From positions 352,001 to 416,000 of the forward strand of contig CAVVTZ010000011.1 in the NCBI GenBank assembly GCA_963751275.1: DNA of 64,000 nucleotides. Direction: 5' to 3'. Position numbers and translations under genes: made by a program. Below are positions 8,949 to 18,265 of this stretch, one piece after another; within the stretch, counting starts at the first letter, position 1; the number at the start of each line of letters is the position of its first letter. This DNA is from an uncultured Gemmatimonadaceae bacterium. Lineage in GTDB: Bacteria > Gemmatimonadota > Gemmatimonadetes > Gemmatimonadales > Gemmatimonadaceae. The notes below the pieces were generated by a model. It saw only the letters and a program-made list of their open reading frames with translations. It did not search any database and had not been told where the DNA came from.

Positions 8949-11666
8949 CTACAGCGTGCGCGCGACCTGCTCCGTGCGATAACACTCGATGCGGTCGCCG
9001 ATCTTCAGGTCGTTGAAGTTCTCGATCCCGATGCCGCACTCGAAGCCCTCGCGGACCTCCTTCGCATCGTCCTTGAAGCGGCGCAGGGAGCCGATCACGC
9101 CGTCGTACACTTCCACGCCGTCGCGCACGACCCGCACGCGGCCCGTGCGATTGATCACGCCGCTGCGCACCATGCAACCGGCGATGACACCGGCCTTCGG
9201 CACCTTGAAGAGCTGGAGCACCTCGGCGTCGCCGAGGATGACTTCGCGCTCCTCGGGGCGCAGGAGGCCGGACAGCGCGGCCTTCACGTCGTCCACCGCT
9301 TCGTAGATGATGCGGTAGAGCTTGATGTCCACGCCCTCGCGATCGGCGGCCGCGCGCGCATTGGTGTCCGGCCGCACGTGGAAGCCGACGATGATCGCCC
9401 CCGACGCCTTCGCGAGCAGGATGTCGCTCTCGGTGATCGCGCCGACGCCGCGGTGCACGACCTCGACCATGACCTCGCTCGTCGTGAGCTGCGCGAGCGC
9501 ATCGGCCAGCGCTTCGGCCGGCCCGCCCTGGTCCGCCTTGATGAGCAGCCGCAGGTGGCGCTGCTCGTCGGTCTGCGCCTGTTGCATGAAGTCTTCGAGC
9601 GACACGAGCGCGCCGCGCGTGGTGCGGCGGCTCTTCGCCTCGCGGTCGAGCCGCTGGCGCCGCTGCGCGACATCGCGCGCGTCGGCGGCGTCCACCACCA
9701 CCACGAGCTGGTCACCGGCCATCGGCACGCCCTCGATGCCCAGCACCTGCACCGGGATCGCGGGGCCCGCTTCCTTCACGATGCGCCCGCGCTCGTCGAG
9801 CAGCGCGCGCACGCGGCCGGAGAACATGCCGCAGATGAAGTCCTGCCCCACCTTCAGCGTGCCGCTCTGCACGAGCACCGTCGCGACGGGACCCTTGCCC
9901 GGATCGAGCGACGCCTCGACCACCGTGCCGGTCGCGCGCTTGTTCGGGTTCGCCTTGAGATCGAGGAGCTCGGCCTGCAGGAGGATCTGATCGAGCAGCT
10001 CGCTCACGCCCGTCCCCTTCTTGGCGGAGACGGCCGTGCTGAGCGTGGTGCCGCCGAACTCCTCGAGCACGACGCCGTGCTGGAGGAGATCGGACTTCAC
10101 CTTCTGCACGTTCGCCTGCGGCAGGTCGATCTTGTTGATCGCGACCACGATCGGCACGCCCGCGTTCTTGGCGTGCGAGATCGCTTCGATCGTCTGCGGC
10201 ATCACCTGGTCATCGGCCGCCACGACGAGCACGACGATGTCCGTCACCTGCGCGCCGCGCGCGCGCATGGCGGTGAACGCCTCGTGGCCCGGCGTGTCGA
10301 GGAAGGTGATGGCCTTGCCGTTGGGCAGCGTGACGTGATACGCGCCGATGTGCTGCGTGATGCCGCCGGATTCGCCGGCGACCACGCTGGCCTTGCGGAT
10401 ATAGTCGAGCAGCGACGTCTTGCCGTGGTCGACGTGGCCCATGATCGTGACCACCGGGGGGCGCGGGACCAGATCCTCGGGCTGTTCGACGGCGTCGTCG
10501 GTCTCGGCGACGGCCACTTGATACTCCGCCTCGCGCACGGCCTGGAAGCCGAATTCGCTGGCGATGAGCTCGATCTGATCGAAGTCGAGGCGCTGATTGA
10601 TGCTGACCATCAGCCCGAGGTTCTTGAGGGCGAAGCCGACGATCTGCGGACCGGGCACCTTGAGGATGGCGGCCAATTCGCTGACCGTGATGAACTCATT
10701 GACGCGGACGGTCGTGCGCTCGCGCTCCGCCTCGGCCGCGCGCTGCGCCTCCACCTCTTCGCGGTAGGTCGGCTCATCGGACGAGCGGCGGGGGCCGCGG
10801 CGCGCGGGCGCGCCACGGATCGCGGTCATCGTCTTGGAGATGTTCGCCGTCACCGCTTCCTGGTCCACGGCGCCGCGCTTCCCCTTCTTGCCGCGCTTGC
10901 CGCCGCGCTTGTCATCGCGGCGTGCGGGCATCGCGCCGGAACCGGAACCGGTCGAGCTCGAGGCCGCCGGGCGCGGCGGATACGGCGCGCCACTCGCGAT
11001 CGGCTTCGGACGCGGCGGGCCGGGCACGATCGGGCGCGGGCGCTGCCACTCGGGGGCGGCGGGCGTCGAGTGCGTGGTGGCGTGCGTCGAGTGCGTCGTG
11101 GCCGCGGCGGCGGGGCGCTCGGTGCGCGGCTCGGCGGGCGGCAGCGGGCGCAGGGGCGCGCGCTCGGTCTCGAGCGGTTCGAAGCGCACCGGCGCTTCCA
11201 CCACGGGCGGCGCCGCGGCGGCCGCTTCAGCGGCGGCGAACGCGGCCTTCTCGGCGGCCTTCGCGGCGACGGCGGCACCCGCTTCGATGTCGGCCTTCGT
11301 GCGGCGGCGGCGCTTGGCTTCCTCGACCACCGGCGCGACCGGTTCGGGCGCGGGCTCGGGCGTCTTCTTCGACGGCTTCGCGGACTTCGCGGCGGTCTTC
11401 TTCGCGGGCTCGGCGTTCTTCGCGGCGGCCTCGGGCTCGGCGGCGGCGCCCGCACCACGGCGGCGCCGCGTGGGAGCGGCGGCCGGCTTCTCCTGGCGCG
11501 CGCGCTTCTCGCGCTCCCAGCGCGCGCGGAGGCGCGCGACCTGGTCGTCGGTGAGCGGGCTCAGATGACTGCGCACCGGCACGTCCATCGACCGCAGCAT
11601 CGAGATCAGCTCGTCGTTGGAGATGCCGAATTCACCAGCGAGGTCGTGCACGCGAAGCTTGATCAA
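8949..11666 (-). CDS. infB: Translation initiation factor IF-2
   Basis: [42 protein letters not shown]; long Ala/Pro-rich N-terminal linker. Confidence 0.98.
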   Translation of the reverse strand: MIKLRVHDLAGEFGISNDELISMLRSMDVPVRSHLSPLTDDQVARLRARWEREKRARQEKPAAAPTRRRRGAGAAAEPEAAAKNAEPAKKTAAKSAKPSKKTPEPAPEPVAPVVEEAKRRRRTKADIEAGAAVAAKAAEKAAFAAAEAAAAAPPVVEAPVRFEPLETERAPLRPLPPAEPRTERPAAAATTHSTHATTHSTPAAPEWQRPRPIVPGPPRPKPIASGAPYPPRPAASSSTGSGSGAMPARRDDKRGGKRGKKGKRGAVDQEAVTANISKTMTAIRGAPARRGPRRSSDEPTYREEVEAQRAAEAERERTTVRVNEFITVSELAAILKVPGPQIVGFALKNLGLMVSINQRLDFDQIELIASEFGFQAVREAEYQVAVAETDDAVEQPEDLVPRPPVVTIMGHVDHGKTSLLDYIRKASVVAGESGGITQHIGAYHVTLPNGKAITFLDTPGHEAFTAMRARGAQVTDIVVLVVAADDQVMPQTIEAISHAKNAGVPIVVAINKIDLPQANVQKVKSDLLQHGVVLEEFGGTTLSTAVSAKKGTGVSELLDQILLQAELLDLKANPNKRATGTVVEASLDPGKGPVATVLVQSGTLKVGQDFICGMFSGRVRALLDERGRIVKEAGPAIPVQVLGIEGVPMAGDQLVVVVDAADARDVAQRRQRLDREAKSRRTTRGALVSLEDFMQQAQTDEQRHLRLLIKADQGGPAEALADALAQLTTSEVMVEVVHRGVGAITESDILLAKASGAIIVGFHVRPDTNARAAADREGVDIKLYRIIYEAVDDVKAALSGLLRPEEREVILGDAEVLQLFKVPKAGVIAGCMVRSGVINRTGRVRVVRDGVEVYDGVIGSLRRFKDDAKEVREGFECGIGIENFNDLKIGDRIECYRTEQVARTL

Positions 11667-12010
11667 GCCTTCCTCCCTCGGGGCCCCAATGAGCCCGTTT
11701 CCGCGACGGCGCGAATGCCGCGCGCCAAATTGCGATCGACGATCCCGACTGCCGCCGCGCTCTCACGTCCCACCGCGGCGCCCAGCACGGCGGCGCGCGG
11801 CCCTTCCACCACGAAGATCTTCTTCGCCGCCAGCAGCGGCAGCACTTTCTTGCGGCTGTTCTCCGCCGCGTCCGGAGCGACGATCGCCAACGCGAGCGTG
11901 CCGCGCTGCGCCGCCATCCGCACCTGCTCCACTCCGATCACCGCGCCGCGTCCGCGAACGCCCAGTCCGATGAGACCGAGGAGTTTCTGTTCGCGCCGCT
12001 CCGCGTTCAA
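11663..12010 (-). CDS. Ribosomal protein L7Ae/L30e family (YlxQ-like)
   Basis: LLGLIGLGVRGRGAVIG...AIVAPDAAENSRKK...LGAAVGR; likely TTG start overlapping the nusA stop. Confidence 0.85.
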   Translation of the reverse strand: MNAERREQKLLGLIGLGVRGRGAVIGVEQVRMAAQRGTLALAIVAPDAAENSRKKVLPLLAAKKIFVVEGPRAAVLGAAVGRESAAAVGIVDRNLARGIRAVAETGSLGPRGRKA

Positions 12011-13356
12011 GACGTCTTCCCATCCTCCGCGCCGGCGCCGCCGTCGGGCGACTCGCCGCCGCCGTCCTCCGTCGTCAGCTCGTCGATCATCGCCATGATC
12101 CGGTCCGCTTCCTCCGGCGCGATGCCGGGGAGGCGCACGAGATCCTCGCGCTCGAGGTCCATGATGTCGTTCAGCGTCTTGTAGCCCGCTTCCTCGAGCA
12201 CCGCCACCGTCGCGGGGCCGAGGCCCTCGATCTCGGAGAGCCGCACGTCCACCACCGCGGCCTCTTCCTCGGGCAGCGGCGCGAAGAGCGGCGTGTCGCC
12301 GCCGCGCTCGAGCCACTCACGGCTCGAGTACAGATCGATCTTCCAGCCGGTGAGCTCGCTCGCGAGCCGCACGTTCTGCCCGTTGCGGCCGATGGCGAGC
12401 GAGAGCTGGTCGTCGTCCACGACGGCCTGGATCGTCTTCGCCACCGGATCGCTGAACACGCGCGCGACGCGCGCCGGCGCGAGCGCCAGCTTCGCGAACC
12501 GCTCGGGATCCGACGACCACGGCACGATGTCGATCCGCTCGCCGCCCAGCTCGTTCACCACGGCCTGCACGCGCGAGCCCTTGAGGCCGACGCACGCGCC
12601 CACGGGATCGATCGCGTCATCCTTCGAGAAGACGGCGATCTTCGTGCGGCTGCCCACTTCGCGCGCGGTGGCGCGGATCTCCACGATCGCCTGCTGGATC
12701 TCCGGCACCTCGAGCTTGAAGAGCGCCACGACGAACAGTCCGTCGGCGCGGCTCAGGATCAGGCGCGGTCCCTTGGGCGTCTCCTCGATGCGCTTGAGCA
12801 CCGCGCGGATGGGCTCGCCCTGGTGATAGTGCTCGCGGTGATTCTGGTCGCGGTACGGGATGATCGCTTCGGCCTCGCGGAACTTGTTGAGCATCACCAC
12901 GAGCTTGCCGCGCTCGATCTGCTGCACTTCGCCGGAGAGCAGCTCGCCGACGCGATCCGTGAACTCGTCGCGGATGCGGGTGCGCTCGCGCTCGCGGACG
13001 CGCTGGATGATCCGCTGCTTCGCGGCCTGCGCGGCGGTGCGGCCGAACTCGGCGAAATCCACGGGTTCCTCGAGCATGTCGCCCGGCTCGAAGCCCTCGT
13101 CGTAGATGCGCGCCTCGTCGAGCGAGACCTCGCGGCTCGGATCGGTCACTTCCTCCACGACGGCGCGGAGGCGCGTGATCTTGATCTCGCCGGTCTCCTC
13201 GTCGATCTTGACCTCGGCCTGGACGGTGGGTCCGTACTTCTTCGCGAGCGCGGCGAGGATCCCGTCCTCGAGAAGGCTATGCAGCTCCTCGCGGTCGAGT
13301 TGCTTGACGTTCGTGATCTCGCGGATCGCGCTGAGAATCAATGCAGAGCTGACCAT
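12007..13356 (-). CDS. nusA: Transcription termination/antitermination factor NusA
   Basis: FGRTAAQAAKQ, DPVGACVG, LSLAIGRNGQNVRLAS; C-terminal HhH extension. Confidence 0.97.
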   Translation of the reverse strand: MVSSALILSAIREITNVKQLDREELHSLLEDGILAALAKKYGPTVQAEVKIDEETGEIKITRLRAVVEEVTDPSREVSLDEARIYDEGFEPGDMLEEPVDFAEFGRTAAQAAKQRIIQRVRERERTRIRDEFTDRVGELLSGEVQQIERGKLVVMLNKFREAEAIIPYRDQNHREHYHQGEPIRAVLKRIEETPKGPRLILSRADGLFVVALFKLEVPEIQQAIVEIRATAREVGSRTKIAVFSKDDAIDPVGACVGLKGSRVQAVVNELGGERIDIVPWSSDPERFAKLALAPARVARVFSDPVAKTIQAVVDDDQLSLAIGRNGQNVRLASELTGWKIDLYSSREWLERGGDTPLFAPLPEEEAAVVDVRLSEIEGLGPATVAVLEEAGYKTLNDIMDLEREDLVRLPGIAPEEADRIMAMIDELTTEDGGGESPDGGAGAEDGKTS

Positions 13357-13380
13357 CGCGTGCTCCCTCTCCGGTGCTGC

Positions 13381-13839
13381 TCACCAGGTGAACGCCAGCC
13401 GCGCTTCCTTGACCTCGGCCAGCGGTATGCGCTTCTCCTCGCCACGCCGGGTACGCACCACGGCGGATGCGACGCCCGCTTCCTCTTCGACACCCACGAT
13501 CACGATCTCTTCCCGCCCGTTCAACGCCGCGCTCAACACGTTCGCCTTCCGCCCGGCAAAACGGCGCCAATCGGCCGCGGTCTTCAGCGGGCGCTCGACG
13601 CCGGGCGACGAGACTTCCAGCACGTAGCGTTCGCCGAGCACGGGCGCGGCGTCGAGCCGGGCTTCGATCGCGCGCGATGCGGCCGCGCAATCATCCACCG
13701 TGACCTTCACACCGTCCCGCCGATCGATCCGGATCTCGAGCGTCGGACGCGAACGCGAGCCACCGCGCCGCATCTCGACCAAGTCCAGGCCGAGCGCGTC
13801 AAGTTCCGATTCGACAAGCGGTTGCAGATCGTCGTTCAC
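13381..13839 (-). CDS. rimP: Ribosome maturation factor RimP
   Basis: VTVDDCAAASR, YVLEVSSPGVERPL; first gene of the nusA operon; GTG start chosen at 13839. Confidence 0.93.
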   Translation of the reverse strand: MNDDLQPLVESELDALGLDLVEMRRGGSRSRPTLEIRIDRRDGVKVTVDDCAAASRAIEARLDAAPVLGERYVLEVSSPGVERPLKTAADWRRFAGRKANVLSAALNGREEIVIVGVEEEAGVASAVVRTRRGEEKRIPLAEVKEARLAFTW

Positions 13840-13861
13840 GTTGCGTCGCGGCCTACAGGGC

Positions 13862-13893
13862 AAAAAAAAGCGTGGGGTGAAAACCCCACTGCT
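13862..13893 (-). terminator. Leader hairpin plus U-tract upstream of rimP (attenuator-like)
   Basis: Minus strand GTGGGG-TTTTCA-CCCCAC-GC followed by a T-run, between the promoter and the rimP start. Confidence 0.7.
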
Positions 13894-13917
13894 CCGCGGT
13901 GTACTGCGTCGAGGAGG

Positions 13918-13945
13918 AATCTAGCGCACGTGATGGCGCAGTCAA
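13918..13945 (-). promoter_or_regulatory. Putative sigma70 promoter of the rimP-nusA-infB operon
   Basis: Minus strand TTGACT-N16-TAGATT. Confidence 0.65.
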
Positions 13946-13959
13946 GGCGGGCGACCGAG

Positions 13960-14109
13960 GCGCGTGTGGGCACGAGTACCGCTGAAAGGGCGCGTCTGGC
14001 AAGTGAGCGTATGGTACGCCGTGGCGCGAGTGGGCCTACGCGCGCTCAGTGGTACCATACGCGCAGTTGCCAGACGCGCTGCTCGAGTGGTACTAAGGCC
14101 CAGACGCGC
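13960..14109. repeat. Palindromic intergenic element, copy 1 (degenerate)
   Basis: gcgcgtgtggg..agtacc..gcgcgtctggcaa..gcgtatggtac pairs with gtaccatacgc..ttgccagacgcgc..ggtact..cccagacgcgc; homologous to 16176-16332. Confidence 0.85.
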
Positions 14110-14118
14110 CCCGGTCGC

Positions 14119-14817
14119 TCAGAGCGCCGCGATCACCGCGAGCTGCCGCCCCGCATCGCCGGCCCGGTGCGAAAAGAATATGCCATGGTCGCACTTCGTG
14201 CAGCGCGCGCTCGTGGAGATCCGCACGACGCCGGCATCGCGCGCATGCTGAGCGATGAGGCGGCGGAGATCGACCGGCGTTGGTGCGAGGACGCGGCGCC
14301 CGGTCAGTTCCGCGAACACGTCCGGGCTCACCTCGTAGCACTGTCCGCAGATCGACGGGCCGAGGTGCATCACCAGGTCGTGCGGCGCATGACCGGCGCG
14401 CCGGAAGGCGGCGATCCCCTGCTCCACGATGCGCGCGGCGGTGCCGCGCCAGCCGGAGTGGAGGAGCGCCGTCGCGCCCGAGGGATGCGCGAGGAAGACC
14501 GGCACGCAGTCCGCGATCGTGACGGCCATCGCGGTGCCGCGCTTCGCCGAGAAGTGGCCGTCGGCGTCGTTCGCGCGCAGCAACCCATCCCACCCGGCGG
14601 CGTGCTCGATCACGCGCGTGCCGTGCACCTGGTGCGCCGTGGCCAACCGCTCGATGCCCGCCTCGCGGAGACCGGCGCGCAGTCCGTCCCAGCGCGCGAG
14701 GATCTCGGCCGCCGGCTCGGTGCTCTGCCAAGCGAAGCTTCCCGCGGCGCGTGTCGTCGTGAACGCCCGCACGCCGAAGTCCGCGAAGTCCGGGACTTCC
14801 TCGTGGGGCGGCAGCAT
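14119..14817 (-). CDS. pgeF: YfiH/PgeF-like (laccase-domain, purine nucleoside phosphorylase-like) protein
   Basis: AHQVHG, ADCVPV, HSGWRG, GPSICGQCYEV, CTKC...FFSHR motifs; start MLPPHEE. Confidence 0.88.
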   Translation of the reverse strand: MLPPHEEVPDFADFGVRAFTTTRAAGSFAWQSTEPAAEILARWDGLRAGLREAGIERLATAHQVHGTRVIEHAAGWDGLLRANDADGHFSAKRGTAMAVTIADCVPVFLAHPSGATALLHSGWRGTAARIVEQGIAAFRRAGHAPHDLVMHLGPSICGQCYEVSPDVFAELTGRRVLAPTPVDLRRLIAQHARDAGVVRISTSARCTKCDHGIFFSHRAGDAGRQLAVIAAL

Positions 14818-14818
14818 G

Positions 14819-16105
14819 TCAGGCGCGCTCGACCCGGGTGACGCGGGCGCCGAGCGCGCGCACGCGCTCGTCGATGCGCTCGTAGCCGCGCTCGATCTGG
14901 CCGACGTTATTGATCGTGCTCGTGCCCTCGGCGCAGAGCGCGGCGAGGAGCATCGCCATGCCGGCGCGGATGTCGGGAGACTCGAGCGTCGAGCCACGCA
15001 GCGGCGACGGGCCGGCCACGAGGGCGCGATGCGGATCGCAGAGCACGATGCGTGCGCCCATCATCGTCAGCTTGTCCACGAAGAAGAGTCTCGACTCGAA
15101 CATCTTCTCGTGCATCAGGATCAGCCCCTTGCACTGCGTGGCGGTCACGACCGCGATCGACATGAGATCGGCGGGGAACGCGGGCCACGGCTGGTCCTCG
15201 AGCTTGGGCACATGGCCGCCGAGATCGCTGCGGATCTCGCGGTCCTGCCCCGCGGGCACCACGAGCGCGGTGCCGTCGCTCTGGCAGACGACGCCGAGCC
15301 GCTCGAAGCCGAAGCGCACGCTGCGCAAGTGCTCGAGACCGGCGTCCTCGATGCGGAGCGCGGAGTTGGTGACCGCGGCGAGCCCGATGAAAGAGCCGAC
15401 TTCGATGTGGTCGGGGCCGATCCGGTGCGTGGCGCCGCGGAAGCTCTTCGCGCCTTCGATGGTCATCTCGTTCGTGCCGATGCCGGTGATCCGCGCGCCG
15501 AGCGAGACGAGGAAGTTGGCGAGGTCCTGCACGTGCGGTTCGCTCGCGGCGTTGCGGAGGATCGTGCGGCCGCTCGCGGCGGCGGCGGCCATCAGCGCGT
15601 TCTCGGTGGCGGTGACGCTGGGCTCGTCGAGGAAGACGTCGGCGCCCTTCAGCCCCTTGGTGCTGAGATCGTAGTTCGCGCCCACGTCGCACTTGGCGCC
15701 GAGCTGCTCGAGCGCGAGGAAGTGCGTGTCCACGCGGCGGCGTCCGATGACGTCGCCGCCGGGCGGCGGGAGCGTGACGGCGCCGCAGCGCGCGAGCAGC
15801 GGCGCGGCGAGGAGGATCGACGCGCGGATGCGCGCACACAGCACGGGATCGAGCGCGCTCGCGCGCACATCGCGCGCGTGGATCTTGAGCGTATTGCGCG
15901 CGGACCATTCGGCGGTGGCGCCGAGGGACACGACGAGCTCGACCAGCGTCTCGACGTCGCGGATCCGCGGCACGTTCTCGAGGGTCACGGGCTGATCGGT
16001 GAGCAGCGCGGCGGCGATGATCGGCAGCGCCGCGTTCTTGTTCCCCGACGGACGGATGGTGCCGGACAGCGTATGTCCGCCTTCGACGATGTAATGCGGG
16101 GGCAT
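14819..16105 (-). CDS. murA: UDP-N-acetylglucosamine 1-carboxyvinyltransferase
   Basis: [44 protein letters not shown]. Confidence 0.96.
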   Translation of the reverse strand: MPPHYIVEGGHTLSGTIRPSGNKNAALPIIAAALLTDQPVTLENVPRIRDVETLVELVVSLGATAEWSARNTLKIHARDVRASALDPVLCARIRASILLAAPLLARCGAVTLPPPGGDVIGRRRVDTHFLALEQLGAKCDVGANYDLSTKGLKGADVFLDEPSVTATENALMAAAAASGRTILRNAASEPHVQDLANFLVSLGARITGIGTNEMTIEGAKSFRGATHRIGPDHIEVGSFIGLAAVTNSALRIEDAGLEHLRSVRFGFERLGVVCQSDGTALVVPAGQDREIRSDLGGHVPKLEDQPWPAFPADLMSIAVVTATQCKGLILMHEKMFESRLFFVDKLTMMGARIVLCDPHRALVAGPSPLRGSTLESPDIRAGMAMLLAALCAEGTSTINNVGQIERGYERIDERVRALGARVTRVERA

Positions 16106-16175
16106 GGATTCCGAGTGAGGGCCAGTGACGGAGAATGACGACTCACTACTCGCGCGGTCAAGCGCACTCCCTACT

Positions 16176-16332
16176 TACGCGTGTGGGGCCTAGTACCACT
16201 TGAACCGCGCGTCTGGGAGGCAGCGTGTGGTACGGCTCGGCGGGAGTAGGACGCCTGACAACTCCCGCCGAGCCGTACCACACGCTGCCTCCCAGACGCG
16301 CGGTTCAAGCGGTACTTGTCCCCACACGCGTA
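16176..16332. repeat. Palindromic intergenic element, copy 2 (near-perfect hairpin)
   Basis: 16192-16247 is the reverse complement of 16261-16316 with one mismatch and a 13-nt loop; outer arms tacgcgtgtgggg / ccccacacgcgta. Confidence 0.95.
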
Positions 16333-16383
16333 GTGAGGCGAGCTTTAGAGTCCGGTCACGCGCATCTACGCTAGCTATAGTGT

Positions 16384-16728
16384 ATGCAGCTACTCGTCGC
16401 GGTCATCAATCATGCGGAGTTGGTCGACGATCTCCTCGCGGCGTTCGTCGAGCTCGGCATCACGGGCGCGACGGTGGTCGACAGCGAGGGGATGGGGCAC
16501 GTGCTCAGCCAGGACGTGCCGATCTTCGCCGGCGTCCGGGCGTTGCGCGCCCAGAGCCGCCCCGCGAACCAGACCGTGTTCAGCGTGGTGGACGACGACA
16601 AGGTGGACCGCGCGGTCGCCCTGATCCAGGAGATCTGCGGGAATCTTGACCTGCCGGGCCAGGGGATCGTCTTCACCGTGCCCGTTTCCCGCGTGATCGG
16701 CCTCAAAGCGGAGCTCGAGACCAGTTGA
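16384..16728 (+). CDS. PII-like (GlnB-fold) protein
   Basis: 114 aa; GITGATVVDSEGMG and GQGIVFTVPVSRVIG are PII-like; no canonical T-loop Tyr. Confidence 0.75.
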   Translation: MQLLVAVINHAELVDDLLAAFVELGITGATVVDSEGMGHVLSQDVPIFAGVRALRAQSRPANQTVFSVVDDDKVDRAVALIQEICGNLDLPGQGIVFTVPVSRVIGLKAELETS

Positions 16729-17312
16729 TCCTTCCCATCGCCCTCTCCTTCGCCCTGTTGGACTCCGCGATGCAGGTGACGCGCACGGAGCCGGGTTGGC
16801 TGTGGACGCTCGAGGGGACGGTGGCCGTCATCATTGCGGTGCTGCTCATCGCGCTGCTGGGTGCGATCGCGCTCCTGATCTGGCGGCTGAGCAAGGCCTT
16901 CGAGCGCATCGTGGACGCGGTGGAGAAATTCCGCACCGACATCCTGCCGGTGACCGAGAAGGCCGCGTCGATCGCGGAGCATCTCGAAGAGGCCGCGTCG
17001 TCGGTGAAGGACTCGGTGGAGGGCGTGACCGACACGATCAACACCGCGAACGAGGCGCTGCGCGACGCGGTGGCGACCGCCGACGCGCGATTCCGCGAGT
17101 TCGACGCGATCGTGCGGGTGGCGCGCGACGAGGCGGAGGATGCCGTGGTGGGCGCCGCGAGCGTGATCCGCGGCGTGCGCGGCGGCGCGTCCGCCTTCCG
17201 TCATCGCCGGCCAGCCACTCGTGACGATGATGCGGAGGAGCGCGACACCCCGGCACCGCGCCGGCGCGGCGGCCCGCGCGCGCGGCACCAGCGCTCCGGG
17301 GACGCGGAGTGA
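16725..17312 (+). CDS. DUF948-like membrane-anchored coiled-coil protein
   Basis: Single transmembrane segment followed by a long amphipathic helical region; overlaps both neighbours by 4 nt. Confidence 0.6.
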   Translation: MILPIALSFALLDSAMQVTRTEPGWLWTLEGTVAVIIAVLLIALLGAIALLIWRLSKAFERIVDAVEKFRTDILPVTEKAASIAEHLEEAASSVKDSVEGVTDTINTANEALRDAVATADARFREFDAIVRVARDEAEDAVVGAASVIRGVRGGASAFRHRRPATRDDDAEERDTPAPRRRGGPRARHQRSGDAE

Positions 17313-18265
17313 ACGCCCGGCTGCCCCACGGGCGCCGGCGCGCGCTCGCACTTGGCGCGCTCGTACTCGCCGCGCTCGTCCTGCTCCCCGCCGCCGCGTG
17401 GGCGTGGGCGCCCGGTACGCACATCTTCCTCGGCGAGTCGGTGCTCAGCGCGCTCGCGCAGCTGCCGTCCGGCGTCGCCGACCTGCTGCGCGCGTTCCCC
17501 TATGATTTCCTCTATGGGAACATCGCCGCGGACACGAGCATCGCGAAGAAATACGCGCCGGCGGGACGGCACTGCCATTCGTGGGCGGTGGGACTCGAGA
17601 TCTTCGAGCGCGCGCCCGAAGGACCGCTGCGCGCATTCGGCCTCGGCTATCTCTCGCACCTCGCGGCCGACGCAGTGGCGCACAATTTCTTCGTGCCGCG
17701 CTATCTCGCGCTCGCTTCGCGCACCTCGGGTCTCGGCCACAGCTACTGGGAGAGCCGCTTCGAGATGCATTTGGGCGGCGGCTACAGCCGGCGCGCACGC
17801 GACGTGATCCTGCAGGACCACTCGCGCTCGGACACGCATCTCGACCGCATCCTGAGCCCCACGATCTTCAGCACGCAGACCGGGCGGCGGATCTTCCGCG
17901 GCATGGTGCACGTGATCGACAGCGAGTCCTGGCAGCGGGTCTTCCAGCTCGCGGCCGATGCGAGCCGGTGGGACCTGAGCGATCCCGAAGTGGGGCGCTA
18001 CATGGACCGGTCGTACGACTACGTGATGGATTTCCTGAGCCGCGTCGAGCGGTCGGAGCCGTACGCGCTCGACCCGGCCGGCGACGTGGCGCTGCGGCGC
18101 GCGCTTGAAGTGCGGCGCGGCGCGCGCGCGAGCGGCATGGAGTTCCGGCTGGCCGAGGAGGCGGTGCGGGAATTCGCGCTGCCCGATTCGGCGCTGACGT
18201 TCGCGTCGGGGCTCAAGCCGCCGCTCTACGCGCCGGTGCGCGCGGCGCGCTCCGCCAGCAACTGA
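17309..18265 (+). CDS. Zinc-dependent phospholipase C/S1-P1 family protein
   Basis: Signal peptide, then W-APGT-H, GNIAAD, GYLSHLAADAVAH, HSYWE Zn-binding motifs. Confidence 0.8.
   Translation: MNARLPHGRRRALALGALVLAALVLLPAAAWAWAPGTHIFLGESVLSALAQLPSGVADLLRAFPYDFLYGNIAADTSIAKKYAPAGRHCHSWAVGLEIFERAPEGPLRAFGLGYLSHLAADAVAHNFFVPRYLALASRTSGLGHSYWESRFEMHLGGGYSRRARDVILQDHSRSDTHLDRILSPTIFSTQTGRRIFRGMVHVIDSESWQRVFQLAADASRWDLSDPEVGRYMDRSYDYVMDFLSRVERSEPYALDPAGDVALRRALEVRRGARASGMEFRLAEEAVREFALPDSALTFASGLKPPLYAPVRAARSASN

Noticed and set aside
10920..11470. Repetitive low-complexity DNA
   Set aside because: Encodes the normal Ala/Pro/Lys-rich IF-2 linker
8583..12098. Very long plus-strand ORFs (1171 aa here; also 65-1363, 12823-14841, 42648-44642, 61897-63798)
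   Set aside because: Antisense shadows of real genes caused by high-GC codon bias; no recognisable motifs
16176..16332. Long hairpin considered as a CRISPR array or tRNA
   Set aside because: No repeat-spacer periodicity, no cas genes and no cloverleaf
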